DNA of 64,000 nucleotides from Thalia democratica. Taxonomy: Eukaryota. Positions 1 through 14,251 of the stretch are shown here, in pieces. A program made the position numbers and the translations under genes. The number at the start of each line of letters is the position of its first letter. Position 1 is the first letter of the stretch. The notes under the pieces were generated by a model that was not told where the DNA came from, ran no database searches, and worked only from the letters and a program-made list of their open reading frames with translations. The DNA is taken from the NCBI GenBank assembly GCA_965202585.1, contig OZ241834.1, forward strand, positions 25,544,001 to 25,608,000, in the 5' to 3' direction.

Positions 1-3000
1 CGATCAGTTTGTTTATTGGGCAATATTGTGTTTTACTTATATTATAAAACTTAGTATGAATTTTTTATTTACTACGTAAAAGCTCAATAGCTTAAAGTAT
101 TTAAAAGTTTGATTACATACTTTTTAGTCAGAAAAAATTAAATTTGTTGCTAAAGATAACTTATTTGAAATGTTTTAATGCATCTTGGAGCTTTCTGTGA
201 CGGATTACTGTTTACGAATTGTTTTTATTTATCTCATAAGAAGTTTCAACGGTTTAAAATACATGAACTTGGCCGTAAAAAAAGCTTCAATTTAGATGGA
301 ATTTAAATTCAAAAATTCAATATGTGTATTGTTTGTTTTTACTGCTGATGCTTTTTCAAAGAAACCCAAAACGTTGATTGTTCATCTACGTATTTTCAAA
401 CTTAATTTAACTTTACTGATAAACTTTGATTTATTTTGGTTTATTTTAGTTTATTATTATACTTTGCTATTTCGGTATCAAAATGCTTAAAACTTGGCTT
501 GAAATGCAATATGTCTATTGTTAGTTGCTACTGCACATGTTATTTCAAAGTAACCCGAAACCTTGATTGTTGATCTGCTTTATTTGCAAACTTAGTTTAG
601 TTTTACCGCATGTTTGGTTTATTTTGATTTATTTTAGTTCATTATTGTGGTTGAAAAATCTTTGGATATAATTTTAAAGTATGATCTACGCTATCTGTTA
701 CCAGTTATTTTATCTCCTATGACCTATAGCCAAGTTCATGACAAGTTGTGTTACTTTAAAACTATACTAATTAGACATCATAAAAATATACGTGAAACAA
801 AACCAAGAAATGTTTTAAATGTTTTTATTGCAAAGCGTTTGTTCGTGTCTGTAATCTTGTTTGACTTGAGTGAAACATAAATTTTAAACTAAAAATAAAT
901 TTATGCTTTGCTTTAAAAGTTTTTAAGGTTTGTATACTGTAGTTTTTTGACATTAAAGCTTAATTTATTAAAGACGAAATAGATATTAAGCACTCGAGTT
1001 TTAAGTTAGTTAGTAGTATTCACAAATGACATTAGTAAAAAGAGTAAAGGAACAAAAACTAGGCAAGTACGTGGCAATTGATCTTAAAAATAGTTGAAAC
1101 GTTTAAAGAACCTTTTTTAAAGTTAACAAATTGCTTGTGTTATGTTTACTTATACAATCTGTTATACACGCCATAGTCATTCGACGTGTTACAAGGACAA
1201 CCTACTAAAATGCGGGTTGTTAAAAGAAAAACTGATGGAGAAAGCTAAAATATATTGAAAAAAATCTCATAGATTAATGTAATAATCTAAAAATTCAGTA
1301 TATAAAACAAGCAATGATAATAGAAATATTAATTCTAAAACCAGTTTAGGAGAAAATTATCAAACAATAAAACAATATTCTATTTTTCTTTATAAAAAAT
1401 ATTTAAGCTTGTTTTTTTTCAACTTAAGTTAGTTTTCATTATTTTTAAAAACAATAAAATTGCTTTTCACGGATATTACATTAAAACGCTACGATGATTA
1501 ATGTAATTATATAACCTGTGAGAATTATTTGCACTGATCAGCATAAGATTTAATATGTTTATTACAGACTGTATTAAAATTTAGCATCAGACTTAGCCGT
1601 TTAATTAACTTAATTAATAAAATTAATTAAAACCTATTTTAAAATTAAAGCATATAACGAAGCCTTTTAAAATTTGATATCAAAGATAAACTGATAATTT
1701 TGGCTTTGTTTTATGTGTTAAATTTTTTATTTTAATGAAGTTTAAAATATTTGAACCTTTCTTTATGAATAATACATATTTTAGTTAATTTACATTTGTT
1801 TTCTAGTTCTTCTTTTTTGATATTTTTAGAAGATAAGCCTCTTTCTACTTGTCCTCTGTCTTTTTGTTAGAAGAACATTCTGCCATTCTTATACAAAAAA
1901 ATGTAACAACCTATCAAAATTTAAATTGTCCCAAAACCATCATTGTTGATTTTGAAAATAAGTATTAAATCAAACTAAAAACTAAAAAACAACTTGTTTT
2001 CAAGAAAAAGTCATTAATTGCTAAGATGAACTTATTTCTAACAAGTAAAAAATTTAAATTTGTTCACTTTAACATTTTCACCAGATCGTTACATTATTTT
2101 TGGATTAAGTTCAAAGTATTGTATGGTTTTTATACTATCCACCAAAAATTCAACCTTTTAGAACTTATAAGCTAGTTAACTTTATTAAATCAATTTCGTA
2201 ATTTGGCTTTAAAGTATGTTTAATGATTAACTAATAAAATTTTTTAACTTTAAAAAATACTTCTATCTACTTAATGAGAACTCTATAGAACTTTGTAAAT
2301 AGTTTAACACAAAAAAAGTCAATTTTCAATATAATAAGTGCTTTTATTATTGTTTTGTACGCAAAAACGTTATTGTAATAAGTGAAACTTAAGTTTTTAA
2401 CTACCGTAAACTTTTATAAAAAGGTTTTAGAAATTATAAATACTGAAAGTTTCCAACGTCGAAACTTTATTTATTGGAAACAAAGTTATATTTAAGGCTG
2501 AAGTTTTAAATAAGTAAGTTATTTTGTAGCATTTCTGAATAACATTAGAAAAGTAAACAAAAGTACAAAGGACGTAGTAATTAATCTTTAAGTTATTTTG
2601 AAGTTAGTTATCCAAAGTAGATGTGTACTTTAAAATCGCGTTATATAATTGTCTAAATAGAGAAACATTAATTAGAACAAAGTTTATATATACCCTTTTG
2701 GCCAACGTATATAAAACCTACAAACATTGTTTATCAACTGTGTATTTTGACTAATGTGACTAAATACTCCTCATAAGTACAACTTTGATACATTAATTTT
2801 GTAAGCTAAATTAAGCTCAGTTTAAAGGAGAATTAAATATCTTGTGATCTATTTTTAGTCGTCGATTAAAGTCGTTCAAAAATATTAAATTAAGAATATT
2901 TTTGTGTTGTTTAGTCCTTTTAAAAAATATATTGATTTGTAATTTTTACCTAAATCGATCAGTTTGTATATTGGCCAACATTGTGATCTGCTTTAGATTA

Positions 3001-4680
3001 TAATAATAAGTATGAAAAAAGTAAAATCTCAACAGATAAATTTATTAAAAAGTTTGAACACATACTTCATAATATGTAGAAAGTAAATTTGCTGCTTAAA
3101 ATAACTTATTTAAAATTTAATGCATATTAGAGTTTTTGGTGACGTATACTGTTTACGAATTGTGTTTATGTGTCTCATAAGACGGTTTTAAATACAAGAA
3201 CTTAGCTGTAAAAAAAGCTTCAACTTACACGATGTTTAAATTGAAAAGTGCAATATGTCCATTGTTAGTTGCTACTGCTGATGCTTTTTCAAAGTAACCC
3301 AAAACTTTGTTTGTTGATCTAGTTTATTCTCAAACTTAGATTAACTTTACCGCTGAACTTCAGTTTATTTTGGTTATTTTAGTTTATTGTTGTAATCAAA
3401 ATAATCTTTGGATATGTTTTTGAAGCATGGTCTACTTTATCTATTATTTGTTATTTTATCTCCTACAGCCAAATTCATGCCAAGTTGTGTTACTTTAAAA
3501 CTATACTAATTCACACATCATATGAAATATACGTGAAACAAAAGCAAGAAATGGTTTTAAATGTTTATATTACGAGGAGTTTGTTTGTTTCATATATTTT
3601 GATAAATTTTGTCCTTAAACCTTGTTTGTCTTTAGTGAAGCTTAAGTTTTAAACTACAAGTAAATTTATGCTTTGCATCAATAGTTTTTAAGGTTTTATT
3701 ACTGTAGTTTTTTAACATTATAACTTAATTAGTTAAAAACGAAATTGATATTAAGCAATCAAATTTTAATCTAATTATTAGTATTTATAAATGACACTAG
3801 TAAAAAGAGCAAAGGAACAAAAACTAGGCAAGTATGTGGCAATTGATCTTAAAACTATTTGAAACGTTAAATAACTGTTGAAATAAAGGATCATAAATTA
3901 GAGCAGAGTTTATATATACCCTTCGGCTGACTTACATAAAACCTTTTCTTTAATTGTTATCTTGATTAATGTGACTATATAGACCTAATAAGTACAAATA
4001 TATACATAAACTTTTTTTTTCTTAATCCAATTTAGAAATAGTTTCAAAGAGATTTAAATACTTAATTGTATTTAGACTAATTTATTTAATGTCATAAATT
4101 AAAAGGTTACTTATCTACGTACAAAATTGTCAAATATTAAATAGTTTCATGTTGTTTAGTTCTTTGTTAAAAATTATTAAAATTTTAAATATTTCTCCTA
4201 CGTTGATCAGATTGTTAGTATTGTGATTTAGTTAAATTATCAAAATTAGAATGAACTGCTTATTAAGTAAAAGCTCAATAGATATATTAGTTGCATAGTT
4301 TGACCATTCACTTTTTATAACTTTTCTACTGAAAATAAATAACTTGATAAAGTTTTAATGTGTTCTACAGCTTTCGCGATGGATTTTTACAAATTTCGTT
4401 AAATATCTAATAAGAAGTTTTACCAGTTTTAAATTACAATTACTAAAACATCAAAAAGGCACCAATCTATATGTAATTTAAATAAAGTATGCAATATGTC
4501 CATTGTTAGTTGCTACTGCACATGTTATTTCAAAGTAAACCGAAACCTTGATTGTTGATCTATTCAATTTGCAAACTTAGTTTAACTTTACTGCTTAACT
4601 TTGGTTTATTTTGGTTTACTATTGTAGTTTAAAGTATCAACTTTGAAAATACTTTTAGAATACGATCTACGTTTTCTGTT
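1..4680. repeat. Degenerate tandem/segmental duplication, non-coding (units starting near 1, 2957 and 4204)
   Basis: cgatcagtttgtttattgggcaatattgtg (1) recurs as cgatcagtttgtatattggccaacattgtg (2957) and more degenerately at 4204. gcaatatgtc(t/c)attgttagttgctactgc occurs at about 506, 3250 and 4491. agtaaaaagag(t/c)aaaggaacaaaaactaggcaagta occurs at about 1035 and 3799. No credible exons found. Confidence 0.85.
1090..2290. repeat. Block duplicated at about 8520-9965
   Basis: The two blocks share collinear motifs, e.g. gttaacaaattgcttgtgttatgtttactt, cgccatagtcattcgacgtgttacaa, cttttcacggatattacattaaaacgctac and tctactt(a/c)atgagaact. Confidence 0.85.
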
Positions 4681-5254
4681 GTGCTCAATAGTTTAATACA
4701 TAAATACATTTTTGTTTTAACTTTAAGTAACTATTTAAAAATTTTATTAGTAAATACTTCCAGTTGATTAGCTAAAAAAATGTCAACATGTTAAATTCAA
4801 TATATAATTTGTATAAAAAAAAATTGTCTTAGTTATTTTATTATACCACAACTTTTTATTACTTACGGACCGAATTTATTATTTATTTACTTTTTGTGCC
4901 ATCGTGTTTCTATAAATTTCAACATAAAAAGAAAAAAAATGAGCGTAATAAAAACACCGTTAAAAAAACACCAAAAAGTTAACTTAACATTGTTAATGGA
5001 TTTATTAACAAAGGAGCTTAGTTTAAAGTGTTATGACAACGTAAGTTTAGTTAAAAATAATTAGTGAGTTTCACATGTGTGCTTTTTGAGTGAAAATTTG
5101 GGCCGTCATTTCGTAATGCCTAAGAAAAAAACAAAATAATTTAAATCTAGTGGTAATAAGAATCTAATTTCAATTACACTCTGAATTTCAGCAAATTAGT
5201 TCGGAAATTTGAATTAGTAATTAACCTATTTCGTTTCAAATAAGTATATTAAAA

Positions 5255-5445
5255 CGGTATACTAACAATTCCTATCCGTGCACAATTCCAACCCAATTTG
5301 TTTTTTTCCTTCATTTACTTATATATGTACTTTTTAATTCTTTGTCTAATAATTTAATTTATATTTATTTCTTACTATCAATATTACCTCTAACCCTTAC
5401 CCTTGGTCAGTATTTGATCGGGTTGGAACTGAGTGGTTTCCATTA
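5255..5445. mobile_element. Degenerate MITE-like fragment
   Basis: Inverted motif aattccaaccc ... gggttggaact. The central taacccttacccttggtcagta also occurs inside the 40190-40731 element. Confidence 0.4.
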
Positions 5446-6254
5446 AAAACTTGACAATGAATCAGTGCATTTAATAAATAAAGTAGCAAAAAAAATAGTT
5501 TATATTTATAAAAGGGAGAAAAAAAAATTGTCAAAATAACTTTAACGTAATTTTATTACATAGTCAATATATTTTTTTTATTTAGATAGTTTAAGTTACG
5601 ACTTTTTTTTTAACAATTTAGAAATAGTTAAATCATAATTTTAACAACTAATTGTTAAACATTTTTATGAAATCTTGAAGTATTTTAGTTTATATTACCT
5701 TTTTTGGTGTTTAACCTAACACTTTTTATTGACTTTGTAGTAGAGTAACTTTAGTTGTAAACGTTTTTCTAAACTAAATTAATGCTTTATAAATATTTTA
5801 CCTTTACTTCTTATTATTTAAACCAAGCACTTAATAGCCGTAAAAAATTATCATAGATGTATCTTACATTTTAAGTGTATCAAAAACAAAAAGTTTTATA
5901 CAAACATTTAAACCTACATATTGTTTGTTTAAAATAAATCTATCTTAAGTGTTGTTATACCTTAAGAGTTTAGACAGTAATAACTTCTTTTAAAACAATT
6001 AAACCATGTTAAATATTTTTGTTAGACATTTTACTTATAAATAATATGGTCACATGATGTTTTGTATGTACCAGCTATTCAAAACAAAAATATACTTTAA
6101 ATAAATCATTCGAGCAGTTATCAAATTGTGTAAAATGTTTAGTTCAAACTTTTCTTTTGTCTTTTATCAAATCAACTGCAGACAATGCAATTTTAAATTA
6201 AAAAACAACACTTATTATTTTTTTAACACCTGTTTACAGAATTGTTTATAAAAT

Positions 6255-7235
6255 AAAAAAGTTCTTACAGCAGCAATACTTAGTACGATGATTGAGTTTT
6301 TTAAATGCTTTGTAATCTACATTACAGTTTATCAATGATCATTTGTTTATGTTTTCAAATCAGCTTTATTAAAAAAAAAAACTTAAAAAACTGTGAACAA
6401 CTTGTATTGCTAGAAACACTGTAAATATTCTTTACTGACGACCAACATGTTTTCTAATGAAAAACTTAAATGAACTTGTTTCTTAGGTTGCGCAAAAATA
6501 CAATTAATCGTACTATTGAAGTTTTAAAGTAGTTTACTGGCGTAGATGAATTTACATTTAATAAAATAATTTATTACAAAAGAAAGTTATTTAAGTTCAA
6601 CAAAAATCACTACTGTGTTTAAAAAACAATTCTTTTATTCCCCTAAAAAATAAAATTATAGTAAGGATATATATTTATATTTTGAACTGTATAAGTAAAA
6701 AACTTTAAAATATGTTTTGCTTATTTATCGTGTTTACAGTGTATAAATAAGTTCTCACAGCAGCATTAAGTACAATGATTAAAATTTTTGAAATGTTTTG
6801 TAACCTACATTGCAGTTTATCAATGACTATTTGTTTATGTATTCTAATTACTTGTTTTAGTATAAAAGACTTAAAAAACTGTGAACAACTTTATAAAAAA
6901 AAATATAACTTGTATTGCTAACAACACTGTAAATGTTCTTTTCTGACAACCAACATGTTTTTTATAATAAAAAACTTAAATGAACTTGTTTCTTAGGTTG
7001 CGCAAAAGTACAATTAATCGTATTATTAAAAGCTTAAAATAGATTACTGGCGGAGACAAATTAACACTTAAGAAAAAAATTTATTACGAAAAACGATTAT
7101 TTAAGCTAAATAAAAATCACTGTTATGGTTTAAAAAAGATGTTTTTATCCTATAAAAACCCAATTATAGTAAATATATGTATTTATATTTTAAACTTTAT
7201 AAGTATAAAACTTAAAAATATGTTTTGCTCGCTAA
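6255..7235. repeat. Tandem duplication of a unit of about 490 bp (2 copies)
   Basis: acagcagc...cagtttatcaatga...aaaaaactgtgaacaactt...tttcttaggttgcgcaaaa...aaaatatgttttgct is present at 6255-6740 and again at 6745-7235. Confidence 0.9.
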
Positions 7236-8519
7236 TCAGGTGCTGATAATCATATAAAAAGGTATGTGTTTAAAGGTTATAAACGGTGTAACTAAAAAAT
7301 TGGTGATGTAACATAAGAATAATTTAATGTACATATAAAGTTTTATTTATTCAAAAGCTTTTTTTTTTTGTTCAAACTGTTTAAAGTCATTTTAGCACAT
7401 TTACTAAAAACAATTGTAAAATTAGATAGTAAGAAAGTTAATACTTTTTTTCATGTCACATTAATAACCAATTTATTTCTTTAAAAAAAATTTTAGTTGT
7501 ACTTAAGTTTTAATAAATGAAGTAGTATTCAAATGGACACTGATCTAATAACAAAGTTAAGAAAATTTAAAAAAGTAAAGTATTAAAGATACCATTTTTA
7601 TTTTTTCGTAACTTATTTTTAAGTTTCTAAACCTTTTTATGATTATATATATTGATATATTGATTATATATATTGATATAATAGATTAAACATTAGCACA
7701 TAAGAATTGCGAAAATTATTTTAATTTGTACTTTTATTTAAAAACTTCATTGGAAATCTTTTAACTTAACAGTTTTTTCATAATTTCTTTTTTTTTTCAT
7801 TCCTAAAAAAATACTTTGTAAAAAAGCAATAAAAAAATTAACTTTAATATCAATAATGTATTAAAACTATCAAACCGCATTTCAAATAATTCATAATTTA
7901 TATATAAATTCATAGGCTAATAAAAACTAAACACTGTTTTTGTTTTTGCAGAACTGAAATACAAAAAGGAAGCTCTGAAATTGTTTTATCTAATCATATA
8001 CTAAATTGTAATGCTTATGTACAATTAGGCTTAAGTTAGTTATTTTCTAATTAAAATAAACTAATAGTCTTTTAAAGTAATTACTGACTAACATACACGA
8101 AAAAATAAGTATACCGAAAAAGGTAAAACTAATTTTACTGATCTAACCTTGCACATTTTGCTTTTAAGATGGAAATCTTGACAATTGTTGACAAAAAGTA
8201 ATATGCAAGCGAGATACAATTTTTTTTTCAATTTTCAAGTACATTAGTAGTATTAACTAAAACTCGTTTTGAATAGCAAAACATGCACAAAGTAAAACAT
8301 TTATGTTTAATGAAAAATATAACAGCTGCCTGAGAAGATGTAGGGGAATTGACTACGCGTAATTATTAATAGAATAAGGAATTGATAAATTATGTTGTAA
8401 AATACATTTCAGTTTAGTATTTTTTATTTTAAGAATGGTAGTATGTCTAAAAAAACTTCCAAGCGGCTAGATGAAATAAGATATTATAAGGAGAACAGTT
8501 TATTTCAACATTATATACA

Positions 8520-9965
8520 GTTAAAGTTGAGAACTTTTTTTAAAGTTAACAAATTGCTTGTGTTATGTTTACTTCTACAATCTGTAATATACGCCATAGT
8601 CATTCGACGTGTTACAAAAACAAAGCTACTAAAATGCGGGTTGTTCAATGAAAAACTGATGGAGAAAGCTAAAAAATATTGAACAAAACCACTTGGACCA
8701 ATGTTATATTCTAAAAATTTAGTATACTAAAACAATCAAAGGTAATAGAAATATTTAATCTTGAACGACTTTTAGATAGATTTGTAAAACAATAAAACAA
8801 TGTTCTTTTTTTCTTTCTACAAAAATAGTTTAGCTTGTTTTTTTTAACTTTAATTAGTCTTCTATATTTTCTAAACAATAAAATCGCTTTTCACGGATAT
8901 TACATTAAAACGCTACAATGATTAATATGATTAGAAAACCTTTAAGAACTATTTGCATTAATATTCATAACATTTAATATGTACTACTTACAAACAGTAT
9001 TACAATTTAGCATCAGACTAGCCGTTTAATTAACTTAATTAGTTTAAACCTTTTTGAAGTTAAAGCATATGACCGAGCCTTTAAAAATTTATTATTAAAG
9101 ATTAAGTTATATGTAAGCCTTGTTTGATGTGTTATTTTTTTTGCATTTTAGTAAAGTTTAAAACTGTTTTGAACCTATCTTCATGTACAATACATTTAGT
9201 TAATTTACATTTGTTTTCTAGTTCTTCTTTTTTAAATATTTTTAGAAGAGATGTATCTTTCTACTTTTCCTCTGTCTTTTTGTTAGAAGAAGACCCTACC
9301 CTTCCTTTACAAAAAATGAACAACCCATCAAAATTTAGACTTGTCTCAAAACTATTGTTGTTTTTGAAAATAAGTAATAAAGCAAATTAAAAACTAAAAA
9401 ATAACCAGTTTTTAAGAAAAGGGTCTCTAAGGGCTAAAATGAATCTTTTTTTATCACTTAAAAAAGTTAAATATGTTTACCATAACATTTTCACAAGATC
9501 GTTACATTTCTTTTAAATATATTTCAAAATATTGTATACTTTTTAGAATATTAAGTAAAAGTTTACATTTAAAATATTATTTTGACATATTATTTGTTTT
9601 TGTTGAAAAAAAATTACGTTTAGATATATTGAAATCAAGCTTCTGTCTATTAAGATTCGCCTGTGCAAAGTATAAATTGTAATTTTCAAAACTTAGTTCT
9701 AAATTTAAAAGTAAATGTTTTAAGGTTTAAATATATATCTAACATTTATTGTAGACAGCTTTACTTATGAATAACTAGCATCTACAAAGAACAATATTTT
9801 GTTTCTAAAACTTGTATAGAAAAAATACGTTACCTTGTTATACATTATCATATAAGTTGCGTGTTTAGATTTTAACTTTATGCTTGATGATTAATTATTA
9901 AAAGTTATAAGCTACGAAAATTATTTTTATCTACTTCATGAGAACTTTATAGAACTGTGTTATTA
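8520..9965. repeat. Second copy of the 1090-2290 block
   Basis: Same collinear motifs as 1090-2290, with an extra insertion of a few hundred bp. Confidence 0.85.
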
Positions 9966-12900
9966 GTTTAACATAAAGAAACAACGTAAGTTTTCAAAAC
10001 AAACTAAAACCTATAAAGCTACAGTTTTATTTTAAAGACAAGGGTCGGAAGTTAGCACAGTGTTAGTAATGGATTTACTGTAGATAATATTTCAAGGAAA
10101 AATTTCAAATTTAAAAAGCAAAAAGAAAATATGCAAAAAGATAACAAAGTGATTATCTAATGAGTTTTTGTTAAAAAATAAACTAAGAGTAAACATTTAT
10201 GATAGTAAAAATCAATGCTGTTTTAAAGCTAAAATACGTCATACACCGATTTAATTTTTATCAATATAAAACAAAAGCTTGTATACCGTCAGTTTGAATA
10301 GATAATTCCTCTTTTTACTTTACTATTTCTAATGAGAAAAATACACTGAACAGATTTAACATTTATTTATATTTTTAACAGCTTTTTATTGAGAAAAAGT
10401 CAAATTTTTTTATAGTTTTTTTGATGTACAATTTAACCAAAACCGTCTTGCTTTAAGTTCATACTGTACATTAATTTAATGTGTGTATGCAAACTTAATA
10501 AAAGCTAATAAAAAAAATATAAGCAGTAAAATATAGTATTTAATTTTTGGTGTATCTAAAAGACTGTCATAATAATTCTCAATAAATGTTTTAAAATTTG
10601 TTGATAAAGACGAATTAATTAAATTTAAAACTTATGATGTTGATAAGATAATGCTTTTGAGTTTATCACTATATGTAAAAATTATATACAATAAAAGAGT
10701 GTTACACAACCTTTTTTATACTTTGATTTTTTTATTTTATTGACTACACACAATCAAAAGCATTTTAATACTCACTTTAAAATTAAATTACATTTTGAAG
10801 GAAATTAATAAACAGTGACGCATATAACAAGACTATTTACTTAACTAGTTACTTGTGCATTAAAATAAGTTTGTTGCAGCAAATTTTGTGACTTTGCAAT
10901 ATTTCGTTGTCAGTTTATTACCGCTTAATTGTCAGATTATTTTTAGATTTAAGTCCTTTGAACTTCCAGTTAGTACACTAAATAACATTTTAGCAGGAAG
11001 CTGTTGCTTTAAAAAAAAGTTATGTCTTCAGGCTATTTGCTACGACAAAATTAAAATGATTGTCAGACAGTTATATTTTAACACCTTTGAGGTAGCTTAG
11101 CTCGTATCAAGAAATTTTTGTTGTTTATTTTTACGTTTATTTAGAGTTATTTGTGTAAAATATTTTTTGTTTAAAACTTTTACAAGGGCGAAAACGTAGT
11201 TTAGAATATTAGAAAATGCTGTAAATTAGTTAATTAATTTTGTAGAACAGTAGGTAAATGGTTTGTAAAAAATTTAAAAAGTGTTGAACAAAAAAAGCTA
11301 GTGTAAATTTTTTAAATTTTAAATAAACTTTTGTGCTTTTATTTAAAGCCTTTTGATACAGTTCAACTAAATTCGTTTCGTATAATAACATAATGAATTT
11401 GAAATGATGATAAATAAAAGTAATATTTTTGATAGTCGTATATCAACTACTATCATGATATTTTTTTTAAGTTTGTATTACAATGTATAACAATCTTACT
11501 TGTTTAATTTATTTTTTTTATTTTTTAATATTTAAGTATAAACCGTAAAAATATGATTCCCAATTACTGTTTAATAAAAGAAACTTTTTTTTAATCTAAA
11601 TTTTTTTAGAAATTAAACTCGACTAATTTAAAAATAAACTGTTTAAAACATGTTAGACAACACACACTAAGTTTAACAGTTCCGAAAATATAAAGATACA
11701 GTATTTATGTACTAGATACAGTATATAATATTTAGAATAGTCCACATAGAACTAGCATCAAAAACATTTCTGCCACAAAATATGTTATGCAATAGTTTGG
11801 AGGTTTCAAACGAAATCAATCAAAAATATTTGTACGCGTATTTGTAGTCTAGAAGCTACTTGAATTTTTCTGTATGCTAAAAGTTTTATACTGACTCAAT
11901 TTAAGCACAATTCATTACAATTTTACTATTTGCTTTTTGGTATAATTTAAAAAAAACTCTCAGAAATTTTATACTGAAACGACAATAAACTTATTTGCGG
12001 TGAGACTTTGGATGCTATCGGTTTTTTTTTGTAGTTTTTCTATAATTGTTTATTACAGTGATAAGTTTAGTTTGAAGTTAAATATTTCATACAAAATTGA
12101 GAATAGTAATAAAATGGAATAACAAATTAATACGTAAAATTAAACCAAGAATTTAAGCTAGATTTTAGCTTTAAATATGCAAAGTTGTTGAAATAACCAA
12201 ATACAGTAACACATCAAAACTGTTCTAAGCTGGATTATTTTTATGTTATAGTGCTAATAGCAAAACCAGAACAGTTATCAAAAATGTTTAACAATATTTA
12301 GAGTCACTGTACATAAAGGTTTTCATAAAGTTATTTTTTACAAACTTATTTAAAAAAGATAAAAAAATACATATCATAAATAATTAATTTGTTATTCAGC
12401 TAAATTTGTCGTGAAACTGAAAATTTTTTGATTTTAATTTTAATTAAGATTTTAAAATAATAATATTTTTACTTTGTTTCATGTTTGGTAAAGCTGTAAG
12501 CACATTACAGTTCTTCTCTATTTATAAGATTAAAAAGGAATTGAAAAATGGTCAGTTACTTATAAGTTACTAAAAATATAATTTGAAAGCTTTCTTGAAA
12601 ATTACCCACTTTTTGTTTGCTTAAATTGAAGTTATTATTATACATAAGATATCAAAGCTAAACCAATAAACAAATTGCATTTTTTACAAGTATTACTGAT
12701 TGTATGTTTAGTTATGTATAAAACTAAACTTTAGTAAAAACAGCAAAAGCTTATTTAGATAGAACTTTAAATTTTTTAATTTTTCTTACCTTTAAAACCA
12801 AAAAAAATGAGCAACATTTTAGACTCATAAAAAATATTTGCAAAACTCTGTAGAAATTTTTCGTTAGTTGTTCGAATATGTTAAGAAAGTGATAGGTATT

Positions 12901-14251
12901 GACACGTTTACATTAAAAAAAAAATTTAGCCTTACTTAAGTAATTAACGTAAAGTTATTTTATTTAATATTTAGTACGAATAAACATTTATAACGTAAGT
13001 TTTACAACCGCTGCTTACCGCTTGTGTTGTTATATAAAAAGTGTTTGTTAATTTGTCAAAGCTTTCGATTAAGTTCAAGTGCACACTGAATTGTGCTTAT
13101 CAGTTTGTAGCAACTTTAATTTATTTTATAAAGTACATGTTTGTTTAAAAGTGAATGTAAAATAAATTAGCTAGTTAGTTTTATTATTATACAAAGGATA
13201 TTTACTTTGTTAATAGGAAATAGTTAACTGTATGATAATTAAAACTTTGAATTAGTTGTTAAAAACAATGCAATGTTGTACTGGTGATAATTGTATTGTA
13301 ACAAAGCGTTCACATTCACCTACTTTCCAACATAACTGTTGTTCAGGCAGTTAAAAAATGTAAATAGCCTACTATTATGGAAACCGAATTTTTCTCTCGT
13401 GTAACGCTTCGCATACGTTTCGTTTGCCAAGCGAAGAGATATCAAAACTCACATAAAATATTTCACCAGATTTTGTGAGAAAAAGTTTTTGTGACACTCT
13501 TTTTGTCAAACACATAGGTGAAAACACTTAGTGAGCAAACTTTTATAAATCAGATTATTAGATAGCACTTTTTTTTGCAAAAATCAAGTATACAGGATTC
13601 AGTATTATAGAATTTCAATTATTTTTTTTAGTTGTAACTTTATTTGAAAATTTAAATATAAAGCTACCAGTCGATGTTTAAGCGTTGATTAAAACAGAGG
13701 TTTTTTAAATTCTTTTATTTATAGTTACACTTTTAGTTATATATTTTCTTCTATGAATAATGAAAAAAAAAACTCAAGTTTAAAAAGCAAAAAAAAAACA
13801 GTAATTTTATGTTAATAATGAGTACGTCCTGTTTTGTTTATTTCAATACAAAACTGTTGTATTTTTTTTAAAGCACATTATTTTATAGCAAGTTTTATTT
13901 TTAAGTAAAAAAGTTCAACTTTAAAACAAACAAAACTTTACAAGTGTTTTAGCTACACAATTAGTTCATTTTATTAATCATGTCAATTTAATGTTTTGGA
14001 CGTTTTTGCAAACAGGACGTTAAAAAGTGTTTAAACTATATTTTTAAATTTGTGCTAAAGCTATTGTGCAAGTTTTTTATGTACGTAAAGAAATATCTAT
14101 TAAGCGCTACTTACTTTTTGTGAAAACTATAAGTAAGCCTTAAGTACTGTTATTAGTTTTAATCATAAACTTAGCTTATATAAACTTAAAAGGCAACAGT
14201 GTAAAAAATAAGATATCTCAGCAGTCTTAAATTTTTATAACTACAAAAACA

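Noticed and set aside
296-11100. Short 60-90 aa ORFs in the first 11 kb, and similar ones elsewhere (e.g. 44749, 49198, 53120-53637)
   Set aside because: AT-rich F/L/I/K-biased chance ORFs with no GC signature or splice context. The duplicated copies do not preserve their frames.
13824-14021. 11-bp inverted repeat acgtcctgttt / aaacaggacgt upstream of the 7TM gene
   Set aside because: Too short, with no TSD or second copy, to support an element or regulatory call.
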